DNA from: Fistulifera solaris
Lineage: Eukaryota
Length of the DNA stretch: 64,000 nt
Reading direction: 5' to 3'
Assembly: GCA_030295235.1 (NCBI GenBank)
Contig: AP026162.1
Coordinates: 1,116,001 to 1,180,000 of the forward strand
In this document: positions 48,407 to 60,568 of the stretch, piece by piece
Layout of the letters: the number at the start of each line of letters is the position of its first letter
How positions within the stretch are numbered: position 1 is the stretch's first letter
Translations under genes and position numbers: made by a program
Notes under the pieces: model-generated
The model's database searches: none
Seen by the model: the letters and a program-made list of their open reading frames with translations, nothing else
What the model was told of the DNA's origin: nothing

Positions 48407-49602
48407 ATGAGAGCACGACTACGGACGACGTTCCTGCTTTTAATGGCCCTTTTTTCTTTTATTTCAGTTTTACAATATTTCATAGTTTTGCAACCCTTGA
48501 ACAATTCCACTTTGCTAACAGCGACAGCAGCAGCTCGATCACTTGCTGCTTTTGTGGACAGCACTTCGGAATTCAGCGCTCGGTCAAAGGACTCTCTGAC
48601 GGTTTTGAAGGCAAGCCAGACGAACTCACACCGTTTATTTCCGACGCATGATTTGTTATCCCTACGACAAAATCTCAAACAGCTCAAAGAGCAAAGACTT
48701 CATACAAACTCGACCCTTGGCCGACGACCGTTCTTTTCGAGTAAAACTAATCAGAAGATGTCTGGAGTATCGTCCACCAAAGGTGAAACTGCGACAATAG
48801 ACCTGGCGCCGTCGAACCAAACAGAAAACCGAATAATATATTATCTTCATATTCATAAGAGTGCTGGGTCGACCATGTGCATTGGAGCACAGACAAATGG
48901 CATGAAAACCTCCAACAAGAACTGCAATGTACAAAGAGATCAACGGTGCTGCGGAGGCGGGGACGGCCTTGAATCACAACGGACTTTTGCCTTGTCGACC
49001 AAGAAGAATTTCGTGGCAAATGAACAAGACATGTACGACGCCATGGATTTAGAGCATTATCGCTATGTTGTCACTCTACGAAATAGTCGCGACCGGTATC
49101 TGTCTCATTGGAGGCACGTCGTCCGCGCATTGTATCCAAACTACACGACCACCTTTGCAACTTGGTGGCAAAATCAGCCGGACAACTGGAATTTTCGTAA
49201 GATATGCGGTACGAGGTGCATGTCGGTACCAAAGTATCAGATCACGGAAAGCTTGTTTCAATACACGGTCGATAGACTCCATAATTTTGAAGACATTCTT
49301 CTTTTCGAGCGTTTCAATGAAACGTTTGCGACGTTCGCACAAAATGTGGGATGGGAAAAATGCCTCTCACCAGAGGCGGCATGAAGAAGAATGTTGCATA
49401 CCCTGATGCAGGAGGAGCATGGGATCCGTTGATGAGTGCACTCGATGACGCGCTCTACGAAATAGGAGAAGCACGAGCCCGGGGTGACGCTGAAGCACCA
49501 TTATCCGCGAAAACATTAGACGCAGTTCATCGTTACTTCGAAACTGGCAAGGACCGTTTCTGCGATTCCCCCTGTTGCTCGAGCGTCTGTTCTGCTTATT
49601 AG
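48407..49602 (+). CDS. Golgi-type sulfotransferase (Sulfotransfer_2-like); frameshift ~49358
   Basis: N-terminal TM helix; 5'-PSB motif YYLHIHKSAGST; 3'-PB motif VVTLRNSRDRYLSHW; late LDDALY. Confidence 0.82.
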
Positions 49603-50035
49603 GCTGGTACCTAGTATAGGTTACGAAAAAGGCACCTTTCGTTTGCAAGGGGACAAAGCCTCGGCTCGTTATCCAACATTCACTTGAGCAACTACCTACA
49701 TTGTCACATTGCTATAAGTAAATTATTTGTAGTTCATTTGCCTGTGCAACGGTGAGGTTAATCTCAGCAGAATTAGCAATATGCAAGCATTAGTCATAGT
49801 TTCATGTTTTGGGCGACTAAATAATATTCGACCGACCTAGTTTTGGTTCCCGATGGACCGTGACTCCAAAAGTCATTGAACGTCAAACTTATGGAATGCG
49901 GAGAACATGTTTTGTGCGCACAACGGGCGTTGCACGAATCAGCCATAAGGCCAACGAAACGGCATTGTGCAACGACTTCTTCTTCATCAAGTAATTCTTC
50001 GTTATTACATCAGTAATCGAGTCTCTTCTGTCAAC

Positions 50036-51807
50036 ATGTCGACAAAAGAGAGGTCGAATATACCGAGCGTTATCTGCGCTCTGATGGCGAGTCTTACTAC
50101 TGGAGGAACGACCTATGCTTTTGGGTTCTACGGAAATACGTTGAAAAAGACATTAGATCTGACACAAGGTCAAATAGGAGCAATCTCCACTTCATTCTTT
50201 TGTGCTGGACTGTTTAGCTGGATACCGGGTCTTTGTGCGGATAAACTGGGGACGAAGTTCTCCATTGCACTGGGGGGATGTTTGGGGGCAGCCTCGTTAC
50301 TCGAGTTCTGGGCCGTGTCACGTCAGTTTGTGATCATCGAACGGCAGTTTCTTGTTCCTTTACTTTCAGTTTTAAGTGTCATGATATTCTTGTCCAACGC
50401 CATGGTGACGGGATCTGTGTTTAAAATTATTGCCGCCACATGTGGACCCGGTAGCAAAGGCTCGGCGGTGGGCATTGCGAAAGGATACGTCGGCCTCGGT
50501 GCGGCAATGTACGGAGGTCTTTTGAGTCCCTTCGGCAAAGGAATCAAAGTGATCTTGACTTCATACCTATGGCGGCTTTCTTTGCTATCGTTTGTGCGGT
50601 ACTACCGGCAGTGACTGTCCTGCCAACGAAGCAACAAGTCGACTCGACGTCGTTTGAGGACAATTTGACTCCGTTGCACTTTCGGATACTGTTTTGCTCG
50701 TTGATTACTATGGCGATTCTAGTCGCAGGGAGCAGCTTATTGTCTTTGTTTCAGGAAGATGCAGACGCTTATGATGGAAACGACGGATCATCGGATGATC
50801 TAGGACCGAATTACGGAATGTTTTTCGTCTTGGTCACAGTTTGGTTGGCCCCCATAGTCGCTCTCCGCTACATTCCTACTAGCCCTACAAGCGACGGTGT
50901 CGAACTGACGATCATTGATGAGATGGACGAAGAAGAACACGACGAAGAAGGCAATTTTCGTCCTACAACATCTCGCACAGACCTTAAGGTGTCAAGAGAA
51001 ACGGACGCAGAAGACTGTCAAAGTCATAGCGAGGAACACGATACGTTGTTAAGAGCAGAAGATCAGGTCAACCTGAACACAGAAATAACACGCAAACCCA
51101 TTTTAGGCGAAGATATGAATCTGTATCAGATGCTGCAGACGCCGACAGCTCTTCTTATGCTGTGGACTACAACGATTCTTGTGGGCTCAGGAACGGTGGA
51201 GACGAACAATATGGGAGAAATGGTTGAAGCATTAGGTTTGGCCAAATCCGTAGGTCCCGCATCGATGACACTTTTCTCGGTGGCACAGTGTGCGTCTCGT
51301 GTTTTGACCGGCGTCATTTCAGAATCTGCTCTTCAATGGAATGTGAGGGGTTTCGGAATTGAAAAGGGTATTCCGCGTCCGATGTTCTTGGTATTTGCAT
51401 CCATACTTGGTTTCACGGCACATTTGACTCTGGGATTCGCAAGAAATAAACTTTTCTTCGTTTTGGGTGCTGCTCTGTCCGGCGGCGCGTTCGGTATGGT
51501 TTGGCCAATGTTGGTTTTAGTAACTGGAGAGTTGTTTGGAACCGGCAACGTTGGTGCGAATTATATGTTTTTTGATGGTTTCACATCTGCCACTGGTACG
51601 CTGTTTTTATCGCAAATTGTCGCGCAACGTGTCTACGACAAGCACATTGATGCCAATAGTGAAGATACGACAACCTGCATAGGTATGGTTTGCTTCCGTC
51701 AAACGCACTTGATCATAGCCGCGCTCATAGTGAGCTGTATGGCGACCAGTTTAGCAACTGTTTACGCTTCGCGACATGTCTACAATAAGCGATTGCATTC
51801 GCCATGA
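50036..51807 (+). CDS. MFS transporter, nodulin-like (NFD4/MCH1 type); frameshift ~50522
   Basis: GTTYAFGFYG..LK..L, GLCADKLG, KGSAVGIAKGYVGLGAA, GELFG..NVGANY, CIGMVCFRQT; about 12 TM segments. Confidence 0.88.
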
Positions 51808-52273
51808 TTACATGGTAACAAACTGCCTAGCTGGATAACAACTGACTGCTATCGCATTACAATTCATAAAACAATCTTCTCGATGCTCCCGGGTTGTGTG
51901 TCCATTCTAGTTTCAGTACGGTTGCAGATCCAGACATGCGATTCTCTTGTATACTATTCAACATTGAATAAGTATCGATAATCAGAGGTAGTCTACGATC
52001 TACGATGTTTGCAAAATAATAGACGTAAAGTACCCTTACCTTCGATAAACAATACCCTTCACACAGAATTTCCGTGTGTCTCAAAATTATGCTAAACAAA
52101 TTTGCTGATCGACCAGAGGCACCATTTCTACATGAAACAACATAGCGTATATGCTTAAATCATCGGAAAGTAATTGTATATTAAATGAAAGTGTTAACGT
52201 ATTTTTATTGGAAAGATGAACGATGGTTCGGTAGTAATCCTTTAGCAATCCTTCTCGAAAAAATAATGTTACA

Positions 52274-52509
52274 TCATGACTCATGACTGATGTGCAGTCG
52301 TGGTAAAGTTGAGGTACACCTTCTGCCTATTGAAAATACTCCGCTAGAAGTTTCGACATTGAAATCGTCGTCTTGCGTGCTGTAATGAAGCTGAATGTAA
52401 CATTACTATTTCTTGAATTATATAGCTAAGTAAGCTAGCACGACGAATGGTTTTCTTGTGGCCAGACGTCTCGCAACGAAGTTGATTCATGACTGAACTG
52501 CAGTCGTGG
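52274..52509. repeat. Two copies of the dispersed 22-bp hairpin motif (52281, 52487)
   Basis: TCATGACTGATGTGCAGTCGTGG and TCATGACTGAACTGCAGTCGTGG, 206 bp apart, with dissimilar intervening and flanking sequence. Confidence 0.8.
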
Positions 52510-52721
52510 AAAAGGAAATATACACATAGGCCTATAGTCGAGACACATCAAACGTTATGCGTCCCCAGAAATTTTATACAAGTACCCAGAAAACCAGGAC
52601 GCAGGATTTTCTGTTATCGCAAAGACACACACGGCCAACAACAACGAGCAATGAGCTTACATGCCCCCAGTGATCTTGTCATAAATAATTTGTAGTATTC
52701 CAATCTGTTCCAACTACATTC

Positions 52722-54095
52722 ATGAAAGACGTCGAACGCGAAGGAGATGGCGAGCCTTGGGTTTCGGGAGAAGGATATTCGCCTCTCGTCGGGTCGGACT
52801 TCAGCATGATGGCGATTTCGTATGGCGACGATGATTCGAGTGATTGTGGTCAGAACGTCGACGAAACGGAAAAGGGGTTTGTCAAAGTGAACGATGACGT
52901 AGTAATAAACCAATTAAGAGTGGGTGGCAGCAGGGATGATAACGAACTTCTTACAAGGAACTACGAGACACTGGCCGAGCAAGCGCTTGCTGCTCTCGAA
53001 GCAGACTATCTTGCCACCATACGGCTTGAAGAAGGTCACAGAAACGGTAAGGTTACCGAAAAAGAAACGGACACCAGCTGTGCTCAATTCCTTCAGCCTT
53101 CCATGACCGAGAGGCTTTTTGAAGAAACGGAATCGCCATCCGAAAAGGTCTCTCCTGCCGTTTTTGCGACGCCCGATCTCTTCCCAAAGGAGGCGAAACT
53201 ACGCGAGACGTCAGTCGACCTGGAAAAAGTCCGAAAAGCTGTCGAGTCCATTGAGATTAAGAATCCGTCGCTGAAAGCAAATTTTGAAACGTGGGATCTG
53301 GATCAAAAAGAAAAGGTTGCCCGCGCGTCCATTTCCCGAAAATCACATGTTTTAATACCAGACGGCCCACGCCGCGCGTTTCTCAAGGAAACGACTAAAG
53401 CCAAACAGATTACGCATACACTAAGCCGCTCCGCTACCATTGCAGAGGCACTGGTGCGCCTGAATGTCATCGGCGCAAAGGTCTTCGAAGACACATGGTG
53501 CCTCAATGTTCACGTCATTGGTTGTGATCAAGTTGAATGCGAAACGGACGATCGGATTCGAACCTATTTTCAACCACTTGTGCGGTGGATCGGGGCGCAA
53601 CACAGAGGCCCCACGAGTATACACTTGAGTTTGGTGGGGCCAGGAATAGTGGAGCGTGATGGTTCTGCTTCGGTAAATCTTTTATCGGGGTCCAACAGTG
53701 ACCGCCTACAAATAGCTCATGCCAGTTGTCATAGTGCTTTGTACAAAGAATGGCTATCATCTGAAACGGACAAGCCAGATATCATTATTGCCTTCAATGC
53801 AGGCATTTGGGGATATAGTGATTGGTGTGCTACTATACGGATAATTGCCGAACGGAAACTGCAGGTTCCTTTTGTTGTCACGGCATATACATTACAAGAA
53901 GCAGACGACGATTACGATGTTTTAGAAGAGGGAATAATCAAAGCACTGGCATGCTCAAAGGAAAAGATCGATCTCTGCTGTATATGGGAACCGGAGATCA
54001 ACCCGTTCGCGAGCAAAATGGATCGGCCAACTCAAAGCGCCCCGGCAGGAAGACGGTATCGAGAGAATCAAGCATGGCAAGCTTGGCGACTGTAG
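52722..54095 (+). CDS. MSS51/ZMYND15-like C-terminal domain protein
   Basis: VHVIG...E, LSLVGP, PDIIIAFNAGIWGYSDW, VVTAYTLQEA, NPFAS. Confidence 0.7.
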   Translation: MKDVEREGDGEPWVSGEGYSPLVGSDFSMMAISYGDDDSSDCGQNVDETEKGFVKVNDDVVINQLRVGGSRDDNELLTRNYETLAEQALAALEADYLATIRLEEGHRNGKVTEKETDTSCAQFLQPSMTERLFEETESPSEKVSPAVFATPDLFPKEAKLRETSVDLEKVRKAVESIEIKNPSLKANFETWDLDQKEKVARASISRKSHVLIPDGPRRAFLKETTKAKQITHTLSRSATIAEALVRLNVIGAKVFEDTWCLNVHVIGCDQVECETDDRIRTYFQPLVRWIGAQHRGPTSIHLSLVGPGIVERDGSASVNLLSGSNSDRLQIAHASCHSALYKEWLSSETDKPDIIIAFNAGIWGYSDWCATIRIIAERKLQVPFVVTAYTLQEADDDYDVLEEGIIKALACSKEKIDLCCIWEPEINPFASKMDRPTQSAPAGRRYRENQAWQAWRL

Positions 54096-54192
54096 TTTTA
54101 TTGTGCAATAAACAAGCAACTTATAGATTATAGCTCCCATCATTTATTCGTAAAAAACCTTATATGCGCCAACTACAAAAATGATACTCTTT

Positions 54193-55015
54193 CTAAACGA
54201 CTTCCGTATCCACCATTTCGGTATTCGCTGACTTTGTAGGAGGACGGTCAGCGACTTCTCCGCTTGACCTCCACCACGACAATGAAAAGATGGCATGATG
54301 TTCCCGTGATCGCGCGACATGCAATGTATAAACACCGTAGAAGAATGCCAGTATGCCCGCAATGAATGCAATGAAAGGATCCATCCACCATGCATCGGGT
54401 GAGCTGTCGATGATGAGTGTATTCAAGAACAACGCGGCCGCCAAAATGGCACCAATCAACGAGCAGATTGCATCTTTGTAGAGGGACTCTGAATCCAGAG
54501 CCTTGGAATATCTGATTTTGATGAGAGCAATCGCTCCAAAGATAAGGATCGAAAAGAAACTGAGTACAAGGGCAGCTTCTTTTCCGTTTCTTCCTGTCGA
54601 CCCTGCGCAAAATCATTTATCGCGGCGATAATCACCTGAAGTCCTAAAAACACCAAAATGAAACTAATAGCAACGCTGGCACGAACTTCACGGCCTTCCA
54701 ACTTGGCTTTCACATCTTCATCCAACTGATGCGGGGCAAAAAATCGCCACAAAACGATTGCATCACTGAGGAAGTCTACGCAGTTTTCGAGACCGAATGC
54801 TAAAGCTAAGGAAAGATCTTGACGCTAATGCATGGAGACATATTTGTGAGGGAAAACACGAAAGAAACCGGAGGCGAAGAGTGTCGTCTTTTGAACGAAC
54901 CTACCATCCAAATCGCGATTCCACCAAACGCCGTCAAGAAAGTAATAACCAAACAAGCCACCGCTAAACGGTAGGCATCTTTAATGGTAGGATCGGACCA
55001 GCACTTCAATCCCAT
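54193..55015 (-). CDS. TMEM163: TMEM163-like cation (Zn) efflux-type membrane protein; intron ~54809-54903; frameshift ~54545; N-terminus may extend to 55234
   Basis: DFLSDAIVLWRF, REVRASVAIS, SLYKDAICS, WWMDPFIA; about 6 TM segments. Confidence 0.72.
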
Positions 55016-55600
55016 CGTTCAAGAAGTTCTTTTATTGGATAACAACGTGTTTTTGTATTCGTTTTCATCGTGTTGCTCGTCTTGCACGATCTCCCCCTTT
55101 GCGTTTTTTGCGCCTTTTTTCTCTTTAGTCCCTCGTTCTACTATAGTACAAACAGTACAGCCCACGCAATGTCGATGATTAGTCTTTCGTGACTCAACGG
55201 TCATTTGTGGTTTTCCTTGAATGACGTCGGCCATGCGTCGGTCGGATGCTGCGGCTGCGGTGAAGAGAAAATAGTTCGAGCCTTAATCGGAAAATCAGGC
55301 TTTCGGCTGACTAGCAGACGGAATGATTGAGAGCCGCAAAGCGCGGGTGGACGAGAGTGCGCCGCAGCCATTTTGTCGACCCCAAGAGGGGCAACAAACA
55401 AGCGAGACAAGTTGCCGTTTGCTCGCTACAAATAGCAATCGATCCTTTGCAACAATAAGAGGGCCTGGTCAGAGCTTTGCGAAACGTCAGTTTGCATCTT
55501 TCTTGAGCTCTTTATCCTGATTAACAGAGTCTTCAAATCAACGGAGCTTACTTCAATTGAAACATTCAAATCGACACTAAACATTGCTGAACTCGAAAAC

Positions 55601-56940
55601 ATGGTTGTTTCTTCTACACTCGTCAATGTCACGGAAGATGCGGAACTGCGCATTGTCGGTTTGATGGCGGACGCGGCTCCTTCGAATTTACTGGGAAACT
55701 CGTTTCGCGACACTTGTTCGGCTAGTATTCACAATGGAGACGCATCGGGACTTTTGCAAGCAGTGGTAGGAGACACTGGAGCCGTGGCTTCCCTCATGAT
55801 CTTGCAACTTGACGAAGCTACGGCCGCCATGTCGATTTTAGCGGCACTTTTAAACCGCGTGGCGGAGAAGAATCAACAGTCGCAGCTCGCAACGGCTCTG
55901 GCTAGTGCTATTCGTCAGTCGGGGGCGGAAGCGGATAATGCCACGCTCAAACGAAAAATGTTACTTCTATCGATCCTTTTTAACATGAGAGACGAACCGG
56001 TGGAGAAAGTTGCGCTACTTGATATTTTGATGCAATTGGCGGGTAGTAATGTTACGGAATTCTTGTCACCCGAATCGACATTGGGGAGCTTGTTGGCAGA
56101 ACCAACACGCTCGGGCGGAGCACTTGCCTCGGGGAGTAACGGAACATCCTCCGACCGTGGTAGCGCGGCCACTTTAGTAGCCGTCGATGCTACCTCATTG
56201 TCCCGTCTGGCTGTCATGTTAGATGCCTGGAAAACTCCATTACCAGCGCGTCAGGGCTTGTATCGAACGGTGGTCTCCGTATTACCCGACACGGATGTAC
56301 GAAAACAACGTTTTCTTCTTCTTTGACCGAATCATACAGCTCTGCGGATAAAAACAGCATTGAAGCTGCTAGAGAAGCGGCTATCGGAGCCATTCGGGAT
56401 CCTGTTACACTGTTCGTGCAACAAAGAAACTTATTGAAGCAACCTGCTATTCAGGCTCTGGAAAGTCAAGACGCAAAATTATATGGCCTTTTGCAAGTAT
56501 TTCAGGAAGGAAAGTTATCAGATTATAATCAGTTCGTTCAAAAGAACGGCGGGAATGAAGCGGCTTTGTTGAGCCCGTACGGCTTACACCCAGAGAATTG
56601 TCGCCGAAACATGCAAATCTTAAGTTTGTGTTCGTTGGCATCGGAACACGAAGAAATACCGTACAGTGTTGTTGCAGAAACTTTGCAGCTAACAAACAGC
56701 GACTCACAAGTGGAGACGTGGGTCATTGCAGCAGTTGGAAGTGGTTTGCTTCAAGCAAAAATGGATCAGCTGTCCAAGATGGTTATGGTGGAGCGATCGG
56801 TAGTACGTCGGTTTGATGCACAGCAATGGAAAATTCTTCAAGCTAGACTCCATAACTGGAAGAAGAACGTAGGAGGTATCTTGCAGGTTCTGAAGGAGCA
56901 TCAAACATCGACAGGAACAGCTGCTACGACCACGGTGTAA
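55601..56940 (+). CDS. EIF3M: Translation initiation factor 3 subunit M (PCI domain); frameshift ~56322
   Basis: AIRDP, LYGLLQVFQEGKLSDY, NMQILSLCSLA..EEIPY...VETWVI.A...GLLQAKMDQL...RRFDAQQWK.L..RL..WK.N. Confidence 0.88.
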
Positions 56941-57312
56941 TCTTAATAGAAAAGAAGATTTTAACTTGATACGTCCGAAACTCATTATAGGCATAGGGAA
57001 GCCTAATGGTAACAATCGAATCTCTCAGCAACAAATAGATAGTAAGAATGGGACAGAGTCTAGTAGCCACCTCTGCCACCGGAACAGATTCGACGACTCA
57101 TGAAAGAGTCATCGTATTCGGTAACTAGTTAACCCCCATTTCCGTCAATCTATTCCCGGTTACTATTAAGAGAATGCTGAGATGGCTTTAAAAAATGTAC
57201 TACGTATCTCTTATTCTCGTTAAAAATCTTTCTTATGGCTTGTCCTCGCAGCTGTAGAAAATATAAAATGCTATTGATGGTGGAGGTCGGTGTTTGGGAT
57301 GCCTAGTCGTAT

Positions 57313-58161
57313 CTAGTAGCCCATCATGTGCTTCACAGCGGTAAGTGACCTTGGCTCCCTATAGAAAATCATGAATTCGTTGTCTGCAGTGTCGCCATAG
57401 ACTAGAGTGCTAGTTCGCCTCTGAAGACTTCTCAAGTTAGCACCTCCTTTTCCAATAAATTTACCCACATTCGTTCGGCACCTGACATGCCGTGCCAGCT
57501 TCATGTCTCGAGAATTGCAACGATCAGAGGACATCGTAGAGCAGCTTCCAGCAATGCTTGGCCATCGCCCCTTGCGTTTAATTCATCTAGCTGCTTTTCT
57601 GCAACAAGCAAAAGCTTGTCAACGTGCCCGCTTGCCCAAGCTTTCATTTGTTCGGTCAGAGGTCGGGCGGCCCAAAAGGTTGGATTGTGTTTGTAGACAG
57701 ATCGGTCATGGGGCGAACTCTCATCAATGCCATAGTACTTAAGCATGTCCTTCAGGCTGACATCCGGGCGACCAGTTAAGACCTCGTGGTAACTCGCCGT
57801 GACATGAATGTTATTAACCGTGATACCGTGGAGATGAAACAGCGCATCTGGAGTCCATACGAACATCGTGAATTATTTTGACGACTGTTTGAGATTCCAG
57901 AAGTTCTTTCAGCTTTGCACGAAGAGCTGAGCTGACACCGTACTTCGTTCCTACATCTACCAAAAAGACATCATCGGTTTCGGCAAGTTTCCCAAAGTAA
58001 AGAGCGACAATTTCGACCGTTCCCGCTCGACTAAGATGCACACCTTCGCAATCAAACGCTACCGAAGGGTGTTCGCTTTGACGTGCTACAAGGGCACTAT
58101 CAATGGCGGCGAGGAATGAATTGGCATTTCCATTGCCCGTTGAATCGACAACCAAAATCAT
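57313..58161 (-). CDS. EXD1/Egalitarian-like DEDD 3'-5' exonuclease domain fused to a C-terminal KH domain; two frameshifts (possible pseudogene)
   Basis: VAFDCEGVHLSRAG, LKELLES..VVKIIHDVRMDS, FWAARPLTEQM; KH motif VGKFIGKGGANLRSLQRRT. Confidence 0.75.
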
Positions 58162-58796
58162 TGTATCTCCTTCTCTTTCTGTAACCCCTTCTTGAAATGT
58201 TGGTAAATTATGGACGTTGCGCTTAACGCAAAGATCGCATTTGCACACATGATTCTCATCATGCGAACACGGGTTCACAGTTCCTTTGATAGCACAGTAG
58301 GACGAAAAGAAGCTAGATCAATGTGTCGTTTTTGATTGGCTGTTGAAGCTTTCGTTGCTTTCGGCAAATGAGAACCAATGATGCCATTCGCTGCTGAAAG
58401 ACATTCAGAATGAATAGGTGAAGATTTTATGGAATTGCGGCTGTACAGTACGCAAGACGATTACCATTCTCTAAAGCCTCGCTAAGAGTCCTTCGCAGTA
58501 CTGTAGTACCCACATCAACGGTGTGAAAAGATACCTCTCTCTTTCTTTTTCCTCACAATATATTCAGAATTCACTAGGATAGTTCCTTGGTTGAACAGCG
58601 TGAACCTTTGATTTCTTAGGATTATCGGAAGACTGCGAAAGATCAAATAGATGTGCAGCAGCTTCTGGGCTTGATGAAAATTACCATCACCGCGCAGCGC
58701 TGCTCACTTGTCGACACCAGAGGTATGGACAAACGAGTGTTGTGACATGCTACGCCGGATCGTACAGCTGCGTAACTTCATGAGCTTGACTTCAAG

Positions 58797-60051
58797 CTAG
58801 TGAAATGTCCCGAGAAAATGTATCTTAGGGAATCCAACTGCCGCGTCCGAGTAAAACCCAGAGGCAATGTACTCATTGGTGAAAAGATGAGACACCGGAA
58901 GCACCAGCATCAAGATCAGAAACGTGCGTATTGGTCTAGGGACATGTTTGCCGATCCAAACAAACAAAGGTGCTTGTGCAAACGCATGTTCTCCCTATCA
59001 GCATCAGGCCGTTCCAGGTAAAGAAGAAAAATTGCGCTCCAAACGATGGCACGTACGGCTTCATGCCAGTCCCGCCTCGAAGTGTCATCATGACGAGCTC
59101 GAACTCATGCAAGAGTCCACTGGCCACAAAGGTTACAAAGGCGGCAAACGAAACCGAGAGACCCGCGTTTCGGAGAGGACGGTAAACTCCTCGTCGGAGC
59201 GTCATCTCTATGATTTTATTCCATCGCTTGCCCCAAAAGTCGGAAACACTAGTGCTGCCAAACAAGGGATTGTCGTTGAAACCGCTCATACTCAGACCAA
59301 CGCATAACGACGCGAGAATTCCGAGACCAATGGAACCGGCTTCCAGGAGTCGGCTTGTGAGTAATGCCATGACAAAGTTATTGGCAATGTGTGTCCAGCA
59401 ATAGAGGTCGATCACTCTTTCGATGGGCTTACGGTCAAACAAGATGTAGCCCCGAGGCAGGAGCAAATTGTAAAGTAGAGTACATTCCACAAATACACGT
59501 AGAAACAACGCGATTCGACTGATAAGCTCGGAGCGAGTGACCTTATTGGGTTGATTGGTTTCCGGGTGAAAAGTAAATTGCAAGGTGAAAGCATTGTAAG
59601 CGACGAAATTGAGATAACTTTCCGTTGCAAAGACAGGGAGTGTTCCATGCATGGTCTCTAGACATCGAAAGAAGAGGACAGCTGGCATTCCTCCGCATAG
59701 ACAGAGAAGCAACGCAACATTTTGAATATCGAAAATCGGAACAACGATGAACGGTAGGTAGAGCACAGCTGGGCATATGATTCCGTAACCGATGATGTAA
59801 GCTTGAGAAGTCCCCAAGTTCCGGAAAACAAGAGTGTACATTGCTGTGGCGACAAGAACGTTGATAAACGCTTGTAGAACAAGAAAAAGGAAACTTTCTA
59901 TCCAGAATGACATGTAAGGCAATGCCAATGCAATCTTTCCTAGAAAGGGAGCATTAAACATAATATCTGGTTTTCTGTCGTCGACGTCAAATTTCTCAAA
60001 CAACTTTAGAACATCCATTTTCTCATGCGACTGTACCAGGTACTTGTTCAT
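58797..60051 (-). CDS. Wax synthase / MBOAT_2 O-acyltransferase; frameshift ~58985
   Basis: FNDNPLFGSTSVSDFWGKRWN, TFVASGLLHE, FFFTWNG; multiple TM segments; the shifted frame ends ...FLGTFH* at 58797. Confidence 0.85.
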
Positions 60052-60447
60052 TGTCGATTGAATGCGATCAATGAATCTCTTCAAATAAAGAATCATCATC
60101 AATCATCATCATCTTCAGTCCTCATTATTTTTCATGGTGGTCGGCATTCGGCATTCATTCGACATGCATCATCGCATCAGCAACACTCTCATGTCTCATC
60201 GCGACGTGCATCGTCCTCATACTGCATAGATTGAAACGTATTCCGGTGGTCGGTGTATGGCTATTGGTTGTGCTCACGTTCTCCAGATAACTGGCAAGAC
60301 AGAAAGAAAACAAGAGGTATCAGCTAAGGTGTACGTTCACCGTGACGACTATGATGCAACTAGTGGAAACAACAAACCGTTAACTTCGAGTTCCGCGAAC
60401 CGTTTTTCTGGATCCTTTTTGCATCCACTTTTCCCATCGCCGTCGTA
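59881..60447. repeat. Segmental duplication, copy A (partner at 63445-63997)
   Basis: Collinear near-identity from AAGAAAAAGGAAACTTT..TATCCAGAATGACATGTAAGG to CATCCACTTT.CCCATCGCCGTCGTAG. Confidence 0.95.
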
Positions 60448-60568
60448 GGATCTCTCGTTTGATCAACAAGGATGAAGAAACTCGCACAATGCCGTCTGTT
60501 GACTTGGAAGACAGCAACAACAAGCAATCTGAGCAAGAGCAGGTGCTGGCGAGATTTCAGAAGCAGAA

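Noticed and set aside
57091..57115. Hairpin ACGACTCATGAAAGAGTCATCGT as another copy of the dispersed motif
   Set aside because: It shares only GACTCATGA and lacks the TGCAGTCGTG arm; it is a single imperfect instance.
1966..58990. Euplotes-like programmed ribosomal frameshifting or an alternative genetic code
   Set aside because: Shift sites are not tied to a stop codon or a common slippery motif, and genes end in standard stops. Indel error is the simpler explanation.
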